Part shown: piece after piece, positions 47,188-57,024 of the stretch
Position numbering within the stretch: the first letter of the stretch is position 1
Layout: every line of letters starts with the position of its first letter
Position numbers and translations under genes: made by a program
Notes under the pieces: model-generated
The model's database searches: none
What the model was told of the DNA's origin: nothing
Seen by the model: the letters and a program-made list of their open reading frames with translations, nothing else
Virus record (IMG/VR): IMGVR_UViG_3300043395_000803
Coordinates: 1-63,789 of that record
Source of the DNA: a virus
Lineage: Duplodnaviria > Caudoviricetes
Length of the DNA stretch: 63,789 bases
Strand: one strand, 5' to 3'

Positions 47188-47691
47188 TCAAGACAGGAAA
47201 AGGGCAATCTCGGCTTCACGCCGTTTTACCAGACCGGGCAACACTTTGCCACCACCCATCGTCCATTGGCGAAAGGCGTCTGCCGCCCCATTCCAGTCGT
47301 CCCGGTTGGCCCGCATCCTGATCTGGCTTCTCTGAAGGTTGCCTAGCCCTGCATTGAAGGCAAAACTGACCAGAGCGTCAAAAGAGCCTTGACGCCCAGA
47401 TACACCGGGAACAAGTCGAAGAACACCGCGTTCAAAAGTCCCGACATCATCACGGAATAGTTCGTCAATCTCCGTCTTGGTCCAGACACGGTTGTCCTCC
47501 GGCTTCAGCGGGAACTCGTTGCGAAGCATCCCGGTGTAGCCTTCCTTGCGGATAACCGGGAGCCTGATCTGCTCTTGATACAGGACATGGCCGTAGCCAA
47601 TCGTCCAGATATGGGCGGGGCAAAGGTAGGGTTTACTCCTAAAGCCCTCGTACTTGTGCATGAGGGTTTCCCCTGCACTGCTCAGTTTCAC
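47188..47691 (-). CDS. Endolysin, GH24 lysozyme
   Basis: YEG....YLCPA.IWTIGYGH; FDALVSFAFNAG; LPGLVKRR.AE. Confidence 0.92.
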   Translation of the reverse strand: MKLSSAGETLMHKYEGFRSKPYLCPAHIWTIGYGHVLYQEQIRLPVIRKEGYTGMLRNEFPLKPEDNRVWTKTEIDELFRDDVGTFERGVLRLVPGVSGRQGSFDALVSFAFNAGLGNLQRSQIRMRANRDDWNGAADAFRQWTMGGGKVLPGLVKRREAEIALFLS

Positions 47692-48191
47692 TTCTTACTC
47701 CACTGGCGCGACCCGAACCAGTAGCCGATGATGCCGCCAAGGATAGCCATCTCGTCGGCAGAGAAGATCAGGTCGGAATACCGGATCACATCGTCAATGT
47801 TCTGGATGAGCGTTGGGTGCTGCCACAGGTACCACGCCATGAAGGCGTTGATGGCGACCAACTCAAACACGAAGATGTAGGTCACCGTGGGGCGCACCGT
47901 GCCGGTGTAGTTCACCACCCACTTTGATGCCTTGTCCATGATCTTCTGGTCGTGCGCCAGAGCCGCCTCGGTCATCCGAGCGTCGGTTTCCATCGCCACC
48001 TGTTCGGTGCGAATCTCTTCCATCCGGGCCTGGGCGGCAAAACCTGCCGCTGCCAGTTGCAATTCGCGTTCGGTCTGAACCTGAGCCAACTTCAGTTCAT
48101 GGGCTTGGTCTGCCTTGTTTTGGAAGTACTCAAGCAGTTTGGGCAGGCCCGAGAGCAGCAGCCCGCCGAGGGTGGAAAGAAGCGACAGCAT
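47688..48191 (-). CDS. Holin-like membrane protein
   Basis: N-terminal hydrophobic helix, VRP.VTY, IIGYWFGSR; coupled to the endolysin. Confidence 0.65.
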   Translation of the reverse strand: MLSLLSTLGGLLLSGLPKLLEYFQNKADQAHELKLAQVQTERELQLAAAGFAAQARMEEIRTEQVAMETDARMTEAALAHDQKIMDKASKWVVNYTGTVRPTVTYIFVFELVAINAFMAWYLWQHPTLIQNIDDVIRYSDLIFSADEMAILGGIIGYWFGSRQWSKK

Positions 48192-48695
48192 TTAAGCCCC
48201 CAGTGCAAAGAAGAACAGAAGCACCCCGACCGCACCCACCCCAACAGAAGCGTAGAACAGACTCAGGGTAACGGCCAGGATGGCCGCAGAGGACAGGACG
48301 ATGGCGAGTTGCAGCGCCATGCCGGAATAGGAGTACCACGAAGATTTAGCCTTTGCCGCATCCCGCGCCGCCTCCGCTTCACGAGCCTTGGCTTCGATCT
48401 CCACCATGTCATCCTTCAGACGAATGGCTTGCTTGTCGAAGGTGTCGGCAGACTTCCCGCCCTGCTCGGCGGCGATGGAGTACATCGAGGCGCGGACGTT
48501 CTTGGTGCCGTACCAAGTCCACAGGTTGTTTGCCGCTATGGTGCCGTTAAGAACCGCAGAAGAGTTTCGTCCGGCAAAGTAATTTGTAACAGCAAGCAGT
48601 AGAGCAAGCAGGCTAATAGAAACCGCAGCAAGAGCCTTGACATGGGCTTCCCTCTCTGACCGGCTTGCGCCCTCCGGCGGCTTCTTGAAACTCAT
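48192..48695 (-). CDS. DUF4337-like membrane protein
   Basis: TM - W.WY.TK..R - coiled coil - LQLAIVLSS - TM. Confidence 0.6.
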   Translation of the reverse strand: MSFKKPPEGASRSEREAHVKALAAVSISLLALLLAVTNYFAGRNSSAVLNGTIAANNLWTWYGTKNVRASMYSIAAEQGGKSADTFDKQAIRLKDDMVEIEAKAREAEAARDAAKAKSSWYSYSGMALQLAIVLSSAAILAVTLSLFYASVGVGAVGVLLFFFALGA

Positions 48696-49186
48696 TTCTG
48701 CACCTTGTCAATGATGTAGTAACCCACCGCAATGAGTGCGGTCAGGAGAAAGGCGATAGCCGCCCCGTACTTGGCGTTGAGCATGAACTCCTTTTGCCGA
48801 ATACGATGCTCACGCTCCTTCTTTTCGCGCTCCTTCTTCAGCCGGATGCGCTCCATGATCATCTCGTTGTACACGTTCTCACCGTAGTGAGCGATGATCA
48901 GAATCTTGAGTTCGTACTCCTGCTTGACCAACGCCTGCTTGTGCATCGTGATCTGCAAGGCTTCCTGCTCGATGCTGTCGTCGTGCAGCAGGCGCTTGAA
49001 TACGGACGGCTTCTTGTTGGCCTTTTCGGTGGCGAGGCGGTTGAAGTCTCCGAATGCGCCGTACCATTTACCGATCTGACCGGCAACGTCCTGAATTTCG
49101 CGGCCCGTGGCAACGAGTTTCTTAACGGCTCCGAACGCAGCATTCGCCGCTGATACTGCCGCGAGAATGCCGGTTATTGGCTCCAT
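48692..49186 (-). CDS. Conserved hypothetical protein with C-terminal TM
   Basis: MEPIT..AA..AAFGAVKKLV..G.EI; C-terminal hydrophobic segment. Confidence 0.7.
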   Translation of the reverse strand: MEPITGILAAVSAANAAFGAVKKLVATGREIQDVAGQIGKWYGAFGDFNRLATEKANKKPSVFKRLLHDDSIEQEALQITMHKQALVKQEYELKILIIAHYGENVYNEMIMERIRLKKEREKKEREHRIRQKEFMLNAKYGAAIAFLLTALIAVGYYIIDKVQK

Positions 49187-49399
49187 CTACAGCCCAAAGA
49201 ACTTCTTGACCACCTCTGCCATTGCGCCGGGGCCGAGCAGGACCGCGCCCAGAGTGATGTACAGCCAGACTTCGATGTTTCGCATCCGCTTGCTGCCATC
49301 GTCAAGACGTTTTTCAATCGCCTCGTACCTCTGGGCGCAAACCTGCTCATGGCCCGTCAACCGCGCCTCCACTTCGGGAATCAACTTCAGATCGTGCAT
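49187..49399 (-). CDS. Small coiled-coil plus TM protein
   Basis: HEQVCAQRYEAIEKRL...TM. Confidence 0.65.
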   Translation of the reverse strand: MHDLKLIPEVEARLTGHEQVCAQRYEAIEKRLDDGSKRMRNIEVWLYITLGAVLLGPGAMAEVVKKFFGL

Positions 49400-49905
49400 G
49401 ATGAGTGATACTTTCTCTTTGCCTGCAAGTACATCTGATGCGCCTCATCAGGGGTATCAAAGTACCCAAGATGCATTTTCTTGCCGTTAACCTGAATGTA
49501 AGAGGAAAACCTGTTTGTGCCTTTAAAGAAAGACACGCCCATAAATCCAGTTGAATTATGTTTTGGCGGCTTTATGTGGTTTTGATTGTTTTGTTGATGC
49601 GTAACAGACCTGAGATTGCACATCCTGTTATCAAGGCCATTACCGTTGATATGGTCAATTTCTTCTGGAATGTAACCATGCACAAACAACCATGCCAAGC
49701 GATGTGCCCGATCTCGATAGCCACCAAAACCAATTTGCAAATAGCGCCCATTGACAACGCCAACCCTTGAACCCGCCTTTCGAGGGCCTGAGTTTTTCAA
49801 GCGAATAAATTCGCCGGTGTCGGGGTTGTACGAAAGATGCTCCAACAGAGCATCTCTCATCGCCGCTTGTTTAGCAATCTTGGCTTCGACCGACTCTTCC
49901 ATCAC
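49387..49905 (-). CDS. HNH homing endonuclease with AP2 domain
   Basis: LSYNPDTGEF, AHRLAW, IDHINGNGLDNR..NLR, NSTGFMGVS...HLGYF. Confidence 0.92.
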   Translation of the reverse strand: MMEESVEAKIAKQAAMRDALLEHLSYNPDTGEFIRLKNSGPRKAGSRVGVVNGRYLQIGFGGYRDRAHRLAWLFVHGYIPEEIDHINGNGLDNRMCNLRSVTHQQNNQNHIKPPKHNSTGFMGVSFFKGTNRFSSYIQVNGKKMHLGYFDTPDEAHQMYLQAKRKYHSSCTI

Positions 49906-50084
49906 TGCACCGGCTCGTCTTTAATGTCATTGGCTTGGGGCACCGGCACCTGCGGCGTAGCCTGCGACTGAATCTCAGCCACCAGGGGGAACACTTCGGC
50001 GTAAGGCCGGGTGCCCAGGTATTGCAAGATGGCGTTGACCAGACCCAGGGTCAGGGTGATGGGGGTGTCGTTAGTGGGTTGCAT
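49902..50084 (-). CDS. Small tail-fibre-associated protein
   Basis: VNAILQYLGTRPYAEV; AAGGAG RBS. Confidence 0.65.
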   Translation of the reverse strand: MQPTNDTPITLTLGLVNAILQYLGTRPYAEVFPLVAEIQSQATPQVPVPQANDIKDEPVQ

Positions 50085-50093
50085 GTGTACTCC

Positions 50094-50333
50094 TTATTCG
50101 TTGGCAGCGATGGCAGCGTTCAGGGGGGCAAGGTCTTGACCCTGCATCCACTCCTTGGCGACCATGATCTTCAGGTGCTCGACGTTGCGCTTTTTGCAAT
50201 CGGCCCAGTCGGCATCGTCCATGCCTTCGGGCTTACCGGCGTTCAGCAGGTTCACCGAGTCCATCGCGGCGCTGTAGTGGCGTGCGACTTCTTCAGCGGT
50301 CGGGGTTTCAACAGGGGTTGCGACTTCAGGCAT
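50094..50333 (-). CDS. Small tail-fibre-associated protein
   Basis: HYSAAMDSVNL...RNVEHLKIM. Confidence 0.65.
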   Translation of the reverse strand: MPEVATPVETPTAEEVARHYSAAMDSVNLLNAGKPEGMDDADWADCKKRNVEHLKIMVAKEWMQGQDLAPLNAAIAANE

Positions 50334-50352
50334 TTCAATTTCCTTTCAAAAA

Positions 50353-53300
50353 TTACATTGCAGCAATAACAAACGCCAACAGTTCATCGTAACGAACGCC
50401 AAAGCGGGTTACCTTTACGGCATTTGGGGTTTCTGAGGTGTAAGGCTCGTTTGGCCGAGCCTCAGATATTCCATCCACTTCATACCAAGTATCAGAGCAA
50501 AACAATCCATAACGATTTGGGTCAAGACCTTCAGAAACAAAAGCGGCCTGAACGTCTTGAGCAATTACTCCAACATGAATTCGAGCGCCGACGCCTTTCT
50601 TAACAACAGCATCCTTAAAGCGAAACTTCTTGATAAGAGATTTAATGCGAACGGCGACACGTTTTTCTGCATCATCCAAATCAGCAATGTCTTGCTTGCT
50701 GTTAGCATCAGAAGTGTTAATCGTGCCAGAGGTTGCGTAGATAGTGTTCCAGCGATTTGTTGCTGTTCCGCAATTGGCATTTCCATCTGTACTGGTATAG
50801 AGAGCCGTTCCGACAAACACCAAGTTGTAGGTCGAGGAGTTGATTTGCATCCTCGGATTCCCATCCCCATCCGACAGCACGATCCAGTTGTTGGCAGTGC
50901 GGATGTCGAGGCCACCTTGGTTGCCGTTGTATTGACCAAGGATGGTGTTCTTTGCGCCAGTCGTGATGTAGTAACCGGCTTGATTTCCAACCATTGTGTT
51001 GGAGGTGCCCGTAATACTGAAGCCTGCCTGATAGCCGACATAAACAGCGCCTGCTGCGCCAGTAGTCCCGCTATACCCCGCCTGATAACCAACAGCAGTG
51101 TTGTTTGCGGCAGTGGTGTTCTTCGCCAAAGCACCAATACCGACGCCCGTGTTATTTGCACCTGTCGTGTTTGCCTGAAGCGCCGCCTCCACAGTGCCAT
51201 CATTGCCGCCAACAGCCACGTTTGATTGGCCGGTTGTGTTGGAATACAAGGTGTATGCGCCAACCGCAGTAATTTTTCCCGTTGTGTTGGAGTAGCCAGA
51301 TGCCCAACCAATGAAAGTGTTTTGACCGGCAGTCGTATTACTATACCCCGCCTGATAACCAACAGCGGTGTTGTTGGAAGCGGTGGTGTTGGCTTGGAGC
51401 GCCTCCCTACCGATGGCGGTGTTTTGTGCGCCAGTAGTGTTGGAATATAAACCCGCGTACCCGACGGCAGTGTTGCTTGAGGCGGTTGTGTTGAAACGCA
51501 GCGCCAAGTCACCGACGGCCACGTTATACGAACCCGTGGTGTTCACCACCAAAAGATCAGCGCCGCCAATAGCAGTGTTGGAAACGCCGGTTGTATTTCC
51601 TTCCAAACTTGAAAGGCCGACCGCTACGTTCCTTGAACCCGTCGTGTTGGAATAAAGCGCGTTGACGCCAACTGCGGTATTCGTGATGCCGGAAGTGTTG
51701 AAGAGCAAAGCGTTTGAGCCAACCGCCGTAATATTGGCAGAGGTGTTGGAAGTCGCCGCGCGGTAACCGATGGCAGTGACGCCGCTATTGGCGGCAACTG
51801 TGTAAGCCGCCTGATAACCAACAGCGGTGTTGTTGTTGCCGGTGGTGTTGGAAAAGAGAGCAGACTGACCAACCGCTACGTTGTTGATGCCGGTGGTGTT
51901 GGAGTACAGGGAGAAACCGCCGAGCGCGGAGTTGTCCCCTCCGGTTGTGGTTGAGTATCCGGCTTGATAACCAACCCCGGTATTAGTACTTGCGGTTGTT
52001 GCTCTGAAAGCCTGCAAACCGACTGCAACGTTATAAACGCCCGTCGAATTAAGTCTGAGAGCCTCATACCCAACAGCGGTGTTGTTTGACCCAGTGCCAG
52101 TCGTATAACCCGCCTGATAGCCAATAAAAGTGTTGGCCCCTGCGTTATTAGAGTACCCCGCCTGATACCCAACAGCAGTGTTGTTGGAGGCGGTGGTGTT
52201 GGAGTAGAGCGCGAGACTGCCGAGCGCAGTGTTGTTGTTACCTGTGGTGTTGAAGCGAAGGGCTTGGCTTCCGACTGCAACGATGTCTGAACCAGTCGTG
52301 TTAGAAGTCGCAGCCAAATACCCCATGACCGCGATTGGAGTGCCAGTCGTAGTCGAGTACCCCGCTTGATAACCAACGGCGGTATTGTTAGAGGCGGTGG
52401 TGTTGGAGTAAAGAGCCAGTGTTCCAACTGCCGTGTTGTATGAGCCGGTGGTGTTGCCATTAAGTGCACCAGAACCAACCCCGACATTATAGGCTCCAGT
52501 GGTTATAGACTGACCAGTATAATAACCAAGCAACGTGTTGTCATTGCCGGTGGTTACTCGGAAACCGGCATGAGAACCTGAAATGGTGTTGTTGGACGCC
52601 GTGTTTGTTCCGCCAAAACCATACCCGGCCGCTTGACCAAAAATTGAATTATCACTGCCGGTTGTTAAGGTATACGCCCCTCCTTGCCCAACAACCGTGT
52701 TATTTGTACCAGTTGTATTGCTATACGCCGCCTGATGTCCCACGGCGGTGTTGTTGGAAGCGGTGGTGTTGTTGGCGAGCGCAGAATCTCCGATGCCCGT
52801 GTTGTTATTGCCACTCAGAGTGGTAACGTTCCCACCCATTGAGTTGTAGCCAAAACCAGTATTTGATTGTCCCGTTGTGCTGCCGTAGCCCGAATATGCG
52901 CCACCAAACGCATTGCGCGTGCCCGTGGTGTTGTAATAACCCGCCTGATAGCCAACGGCGGTGTTATTGGAAGCGGTGGTGTTGGCTTGAAGTGCGCGGT
53001 GGCCAATTGCCGTGTTATAAGAGCCAGTAGTATTGTTTTGAAGCGCGGCGCCGTCAACGCCGTATGCGCCCCCACCTATAGCCGTATTATTAGTACCCGT
53101 TGTATTGGAGAAAAGAGTAAGGTATCCAAATGCAGTATTGTCTGAGGCCGTACTTACTTTAAGCGCGTTGTGGCCGAAAGCGGTCACGCCGTTCGCGGTA
53201 GATGCCGTATATCCTGTTTGAGCGCCGAAGTAGTTGTTCGCTGTGCCAGTAGTATTGCTATACCCCGCCTGATAGCCGACAGCCGTGTTGTTGGAGGCGG

Positions 53301-54543
53301 TGGTGTTGGAGTAGAGCGCCGACTTTCCAATAGCCACATTGAAGTTGCCTGTGGTGTTGGTGGTCAGCGCATAGGTGCCCAAGCCAACGTTTGACGCCCC
53401 TGTTGTGTTGGCGTACATGGCTTGCCAACCAAAGGCTTCATTTGTAGTGCCTGAAGTGGATGAGTACAGGGACTGATAACCAACAGCGGTTTGATATGAG
53501 CCTGTAGCCAAATAACCGGACTGCACTCCAATATAGGTGTTTTGAATCCCAGTGCTGTTTGTATAAGCAGCCTGATAGCCGACAGCAGTGTTGTTGGAGG
53601 CGGTGGTGTTGGTGTTAAGGGCATTTACGCCTACGGCTGTATTGTTTGAGCCAGAGGTGTTGCCTGTAAGGGCGGCATCACCAATAGCGGTGTTAGCGCT
53701 TCCTGTTGCAGTGCCGCTTGAACCAGCAAGAGTAGAAATACCAACAGCAGTGTTACTTGAACCTGTAGTGTATAGAGCCGCAAAATAGCCAACAGCAGTA
53801 TTGCGAGAACCTGTTGCATTTACAGCCAGCGCTGTATTACCCACCGCAGTGTTGGTGGACACAGCACCCGCGCCACGGCCTACGGTGATGCCGTAAACAG
53901 TCAGGTCAGTGCCGGAGTACAGCAGGTTGGCCGAACTGGTGAGGTTGCCGCCCGTAGTGGTGTAGACCACCCGGCCAGTGGTAAGGGAGGAATCGGTCAG
54001 GTCAGCAACGGTCAGCGTGGTGCCGTTGAAGGTCATGTTGGCAGAGCCTGCCAGGACACCAGACGAATTAAATTGAACCTGTGTGTTGGAGCCCCCGGCA
54101 CCCAAGACCGTGGTTGCCACCTTCACGAAGTCCGAACCGTTCCAGGCAATCAGTGCCTTCTCGCCAGACACCATCGTGACGCCCGTGGTCGGGCCTGCAC
54201 CCACCACCTTGACTGACTGCGAAGTCGATGTGGAATTCAAAACAAGATACTGACGGCTTGATGCGGGCGCCGTGATGGTGAGCAGCGACGCCGGGTTTCC
54301 GGTGCAGTTGATGATGGCGTACTGGGCAGAGCCAGAAGAGCCCGTCCCAACCTGCGTCAACGCCGTGCCGTTGGTGACCGTGAGCGTTACCGCTGTCTGG
54401 CTACCGCTGATTGTCTGGGTGCCTTCGACGGCGGAATCTAAATATGAAGTAATATAATCATTAACGGTACTTCCCCAAGTTCCTTGTAATTCACCAGTAA
54501 CTGGAAGCGCAAGGCCGAGAAGAGGAGAATATGAGGTCGGCAT
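50353..54543 (-). CDS. Tail fibre with NTAVG beta-repeats and C-terminal S74 intramolecular chaperone
   Basis: 1396 aa; many 14-aa NTAVGYQA..SNTTG repeats; TSD..SK.DI...HVGVIAQDV...VRYDEL. Confidence 0.9.
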   Translation of the reverse strand: MPTSYSPLLGLALPVTGELQGTWGSTVNDYITSYLDSAVEGTQTISGSQTAVTLTVTNGTALTQVGTGSSGSAQYAIINCTGNPASLLTITAPASSRQYLVLNSTSTSQSVKVVGAGPTTGVTMVSGEKALIAWNGSDFVKVATTVLGAGGSNTQVQFNSSGVLAGSANMTFNGTTLTVADLTDSSLTTGRVVYTTTGGNLTSSANLLYSGTDLTVYGITVGRGAGAVSTNTAVGNTALAVNATGSRNTAVGYFAALYTTGSSNTAVGISTLAGSSGTATGSANTAIGDAALTGNTSGSNNTAVGVNALNTNTTASNNTAVGYQAAYTNSTGIQNTYIGVQSGYLATGSYQTAVGYQSLYSSTSGTTNEAFGWQAMYANTTGASNVGLGTYALTTNTTGNFNVAIGKSALYSNTTASNNTAVGYQAGYSNTTGTANNYFGAQTGYTASTANGVTAFGHNALKVSTASDNTAFGYLTLFSNTTGTNNTAIGGGAYGVDGAALQNNTTGSYNTAIGHRALQANTTASNNTAVGYQAGYYNTTGTRNAFGGAYSGYGSTTGQSNTGFGYNSMGGNVTTLSGNNNTGIGDSALANNTTASNNTAVGHQAAYSNTTGTNNTVVGQGGAYTLTTGSDNSIFGQAAGYGFGGTNTASNNTISGSHAGFRVTTGNDNTLLGYYTGQSITTGAYNVGVGSGALNGNTTGSYNTAVGTLALYSNTTASNNTAVGYQAGYSTTTGTPIAVMGYLAATSNTTGSDIVAVGSQALRFNTTGNNNTALGSLALYSNTTASNNTAVGYQAGYSNNAGANTFIGYQAGYTTGTGSNNTAVGYEALRLNSTGVYNVAVGLQAFRATTASTNTGVGYQAGYSTTTGGDNSALGGFSLYSNTTGINNVAVGQSALFSNTTGNNNTAVGYQAAYTVAANSGVTAIGYRAATSNTSANITAVGSNALLFNTSGITNTAVGVNALYSNTTGSRNVAVGLSSLEGNTTGVSNTAIGGADLLVVNTTGSYNVAVGDLALRFNTTASSNTAVGYAGLYSNTTGAQNTAIGREALQANTTASNNTAVGYQAGYSNTTAGQNTFIGWASGYSNTTGKITAVGAYTLYSNTTGQSNVAVGGNDGTVEAALQANTTGANNTGVGIGALAKNTTAANNTAVGYQAGYSGTTGAAGAVYVGYQAGFSITGTSNTMVGNQAGYYITTGAKNTILGQYNGNQGGLDIRTANNWIVLSDGDGNPRMQINSSTYNLVFVGTALYTSTDGNANCGTATNRWNTIYATSGTINTSDANSKQDIADLDDAEKRVAVRIKSLIKKFRFKDAVVKKGVGARIHVGVIAQDVQAAFVSEGLDPNRYGLFCSDTWYEVDGISEARPNEPYTSETPNAVKVTRFGVRYDELLAFVIAAM

Positions 54544-54544
54544 T

Positions 54545-55336
54545 TTATAAACCCTTTGTCAAATAAACATGCGCTTTGCGCTGTTTAATTAGTAAAACCA
54601 TTTTCTTGCTAACCCCAAATTGTTCTGCTGTTTTCAACAAAGACAAGGGGCTGTAGAAAATATCTTTCACGGTTTGCTCAGACAGTTTGGCGTTGGGGCC
54701 GCGTTTGCCCCGTTTTGATTCCGCCAGTTTTTTCAATGCTTCAACGCGGTGTGCATCCAGTATGCGCTTGGCTTGCGCTTTGCGCTCTTCGGTCATAGGC
54801 TGTTTGCGCGTGCCTTGACCTGCCTTAACCGGTGGGTACTTATCATTGAGGTGCTGCCAACGCTCTCCGCGCCGCGCATCTCGCAGCGTGTCCCTGGCAA
54901 TCTCCGCCCCAAACCGTTCCTGCACCATTTCAAGAACCGCTGAGTTTGGCTTGTCCCAGTGGGCCGGGTCGCGGATAAACGCTACCATCTCTTCGGTCAA
55001 CTTGGCGTTGTAAAGGTCTTCGCCCTTCTGCTGATCAACAGTGCCATGCTTGTGGCCGTGATCGGTTAGGTTGTAACCGCCGTCCTTGGCGTGGGCTTTG
55101 AGTTCACCAATCAGCCTGATCTCAGCAGCCCGCAGGTCTTCGATGGACGTGGCCCTGTAAGTCACCTCAATAGAGAACTTATCTGCCCCATACTTGCGCA
55201 TGGCCCGATACAGCGGCTTGTCCACATCCGTATTTGCCGCCGACAAATGCTGCCGCCACCGAACCTTAAGCGGTCCCGTCGTCAGACCGACGTACACGCG
55301 GTCATTGACTGTGTTGGTGATCTTGTAGACAAACAT
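54545..55336 (-). CDS. GIY-YIG homing endonuclease
   Basis: FVYKITNTVNDRVYVGLT...RWRQH...LYRAMRKYG...E...GYN; NAKL DNA-binding repeats. Confidence 0.9.
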   Translation of the reverse strand: MFVYKITNTVNDRVYVGLTTGPLKVRWRQHLSAANTDVDKPLYRAMRKYGADKFSIEVTYRATSIEDLRAAEIRLIGELKAHAKDGGYNLTDHGHKHGTVDQQKGEDLYNAKLTEEMVAFIRDPAHWDKPNSAVLEMVQERFGAEIARDTLRDARRGERWQHLNDKYPPVKAGQGTRKQPMTEERKAQAKRILDAHRVEALKKLAESKRGKRGPNAKLSEQTVKDIFYSPLSLLKTAEQFGVSKKMVLLIKQRKAHVYLTKGL

Positions 55337-55343
55337 CCAGGCT

Positions 55344-56432
55344 CTAATCCGTGTTGATGGTCGTCCAACCGGGCGATTGCGTGGTGCTCACGCTCTGCCA
55401 CGAAGGCGACTGGGTGTTGCCGATATTCTGCCAATTTGCCGTCTGGGTGTCACTCACATTTGCCCACCCGGCAGACTGCGTGTTTCCAATCCCGCCCCAA
55501 TTGGCGGTCTGGGTGTCGTCAATGATTTCCCACAGCGGCCTGCCGCCGATGGTGTCCGTGGCCGTAGCGAGTTCTTGGATGGAAGCGAAGAACCGTGCCT
55601 CTGCGCTTGGAGTATCCGTGCCGGTGGCAGTCTCTGCAACCACAGCGCCAAACGTAGCCCCGGAAGAAACCGCGTCCGTGCCCGTAGCAGATTCGGAAAC
55701 AGCGGCCCCAAGTGTGGCAGCGGCGGAAACCGTGTCCGAGGCGGAAGCCGTCTCGTCAATGGCGCTGTTGAACAGGAAAGCAGATTGAAGCGCATCTGTC
55801 CCCGTAGCAGCCTCGGTGATCGCTGCACCGTAGGTCGGCGTGGACGAAACGTCGTCTGTACCCGTGGCGGATTCTGTGACTGCACACCCATACGTCGGGA
55901 TGGCCGAGATGTCATCCGTACCCGTCGCAGACTCAGAAACCACGCCGCCAAACGTGGCCGCAGTAGAGATAGCGTCCGTGCCAGTGGCGGACTCAGAGAT
56001 CGTCGCGCCGAGCGTAGCGATGGAGGAAACATCGTCCGTACCCGTGGCGGACTCAGAGATAGCCCCACCGAAGGTGGCCGAAGAAGAAACCGCGTCTGTG
56101 CCTGTAGCGGCTTCAGTTATGGTCCCGGCGTAAGTAGGCGTGGCCGAGATGTCGTCTGTGCCGGTGGCGCTCTCTGAAAGCGAAGCCCCAAACGTAACCG
56201 CAGCGGAAGTAGTGTCCGTCCCGGTGGCGGACTCAGAAACAGCCGCGCCAAACGTGGCTAAAGAAGAAACTGTGTCTGTGCCGGTGGCTGTCTCAGAAAG
56301 AGAAGAAGCGAAGGTAACAGCGGAGGAAGGGGCGTCCGTCCCGGTAGCCGACTCAGCGACGGCCCGGTCATAAACGGAATCACCCCAACCGGCCTGACCC
56401 CAGGTGCCGGAACCCCATCCGCCTTCTGCCAC
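55344..56432 (-). CDS. Ser/Thr/Ala-rich repeat tail protein
   Basis: GW-rich N-terminus; many ~20-aa SESATGTD..S...TFGA repeats; W-repeat C-terminus. Confidence 0.75.
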   Translation of the reverse strand: MAEGGWGSGTWGQAGWGDSVYDRAVAESATGTDAPSSAVTFASSLSETATGTDTVSSLATFGAAVSESATGTDTTSAAVTFGASLSESATGTDDISATPTYAGTITEAATGTDAVSSSATFGGAISESATGTDDVSSIATLGATISESATGTDAISTAATFGGVVSESATGTDDISAIPTYGCAVTESATGTDDVSSTPTYGAAITEAATGTDALQSAFLFNSAIDETASASDTVSAAATLGAAVSESATGTDAVSSGATFGAVVAETATGTDTPSAEARFFASIQELATATDTIGGRPLWEIIDDTQTANWGGIGNTQSAGWANVSDTQTANWQNIGNTQSPSWQSVSTTQSPGWTTINTD

Positions 56433-56441
56433 CGTTCATCC

Positions 56442-57014
56442 TCAACCGGCGAGGCTGAAGGTGTACGTGACCGCGAGAATATCGCCGCTCACCACCGAAC
56501 GGTCGCCGGGGCTAGAGAAAGCCTTCTCCGAGAACAGAGTACCCGTCGTGCCGCCCTTGGCCGAACCGGAGGTCAGGAACGCACCGCCCACCGTGCCCGT
56601 GGCGTTGATGGTGAAGTTGGCCGGGGTGCCCGAGTTGGTCACCACCGAGGGGTTGGCGTTGGTCGCAGCCGTGAAGGTGGGAGCCACACGGGTGGAGTTG
56701 CTGTAGCCCGTGAACTCAGTCCAACCCTTGGACGACATCGTGTCCGTGGCACTCGTGGTCACGCCGGGGCCAGTGATCAGGCCCAGATACCACGTCGTAA
56801 TCTGCGTAGTAGAGGTCAGCGCCACACCGGCCATGTATTGCAGGCCGACGTTGACCACGAGGTTGTCTTCCTCAACAACCCACTTCAGGCTGCCGTCCTT
56901 GTCAAAGCACTCCAGTTTGTAGCGGCCCACAGCCGTGGCCTGCTCTTGGCCCTGTGCTCCTGCGATCAAGCCGCTTGCAACGAAGTCTGCGGCCTTGGCG
57001 ATTTCGGTGGTCAT
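56442..57014 (-). CDS. Virion structural protein
   Basis: KW....NLVVNVG...WYLGL...GTLFS. Confidence 0.75.
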   Translation of the reverse strand: MTTEIAKAADFVASGLIAGAQGQEQATAVGRYKLECFDKDGSLKWVVEEDNLVVNVGLQYMAGVALTSTTQITTWYLGLITGPGVTTSATDTMSSKGWTEFTGYSNSTRVAPTFTAATNANPSVVTNSGTPANFTINATGTVGGAFLTSGSAKGGTTGTLFSEKAFSSPGDRSVVSGDILAVTYTFSLAG

Positions 57015-57024
57015 TTGATGCTCC

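Noticed and set aside
50353-54543. Diversity-generating retroelement acting on the tail fibre
   Set aside because: No reverse transcriptase ORF and no adenine-specific TR/VR pair seen
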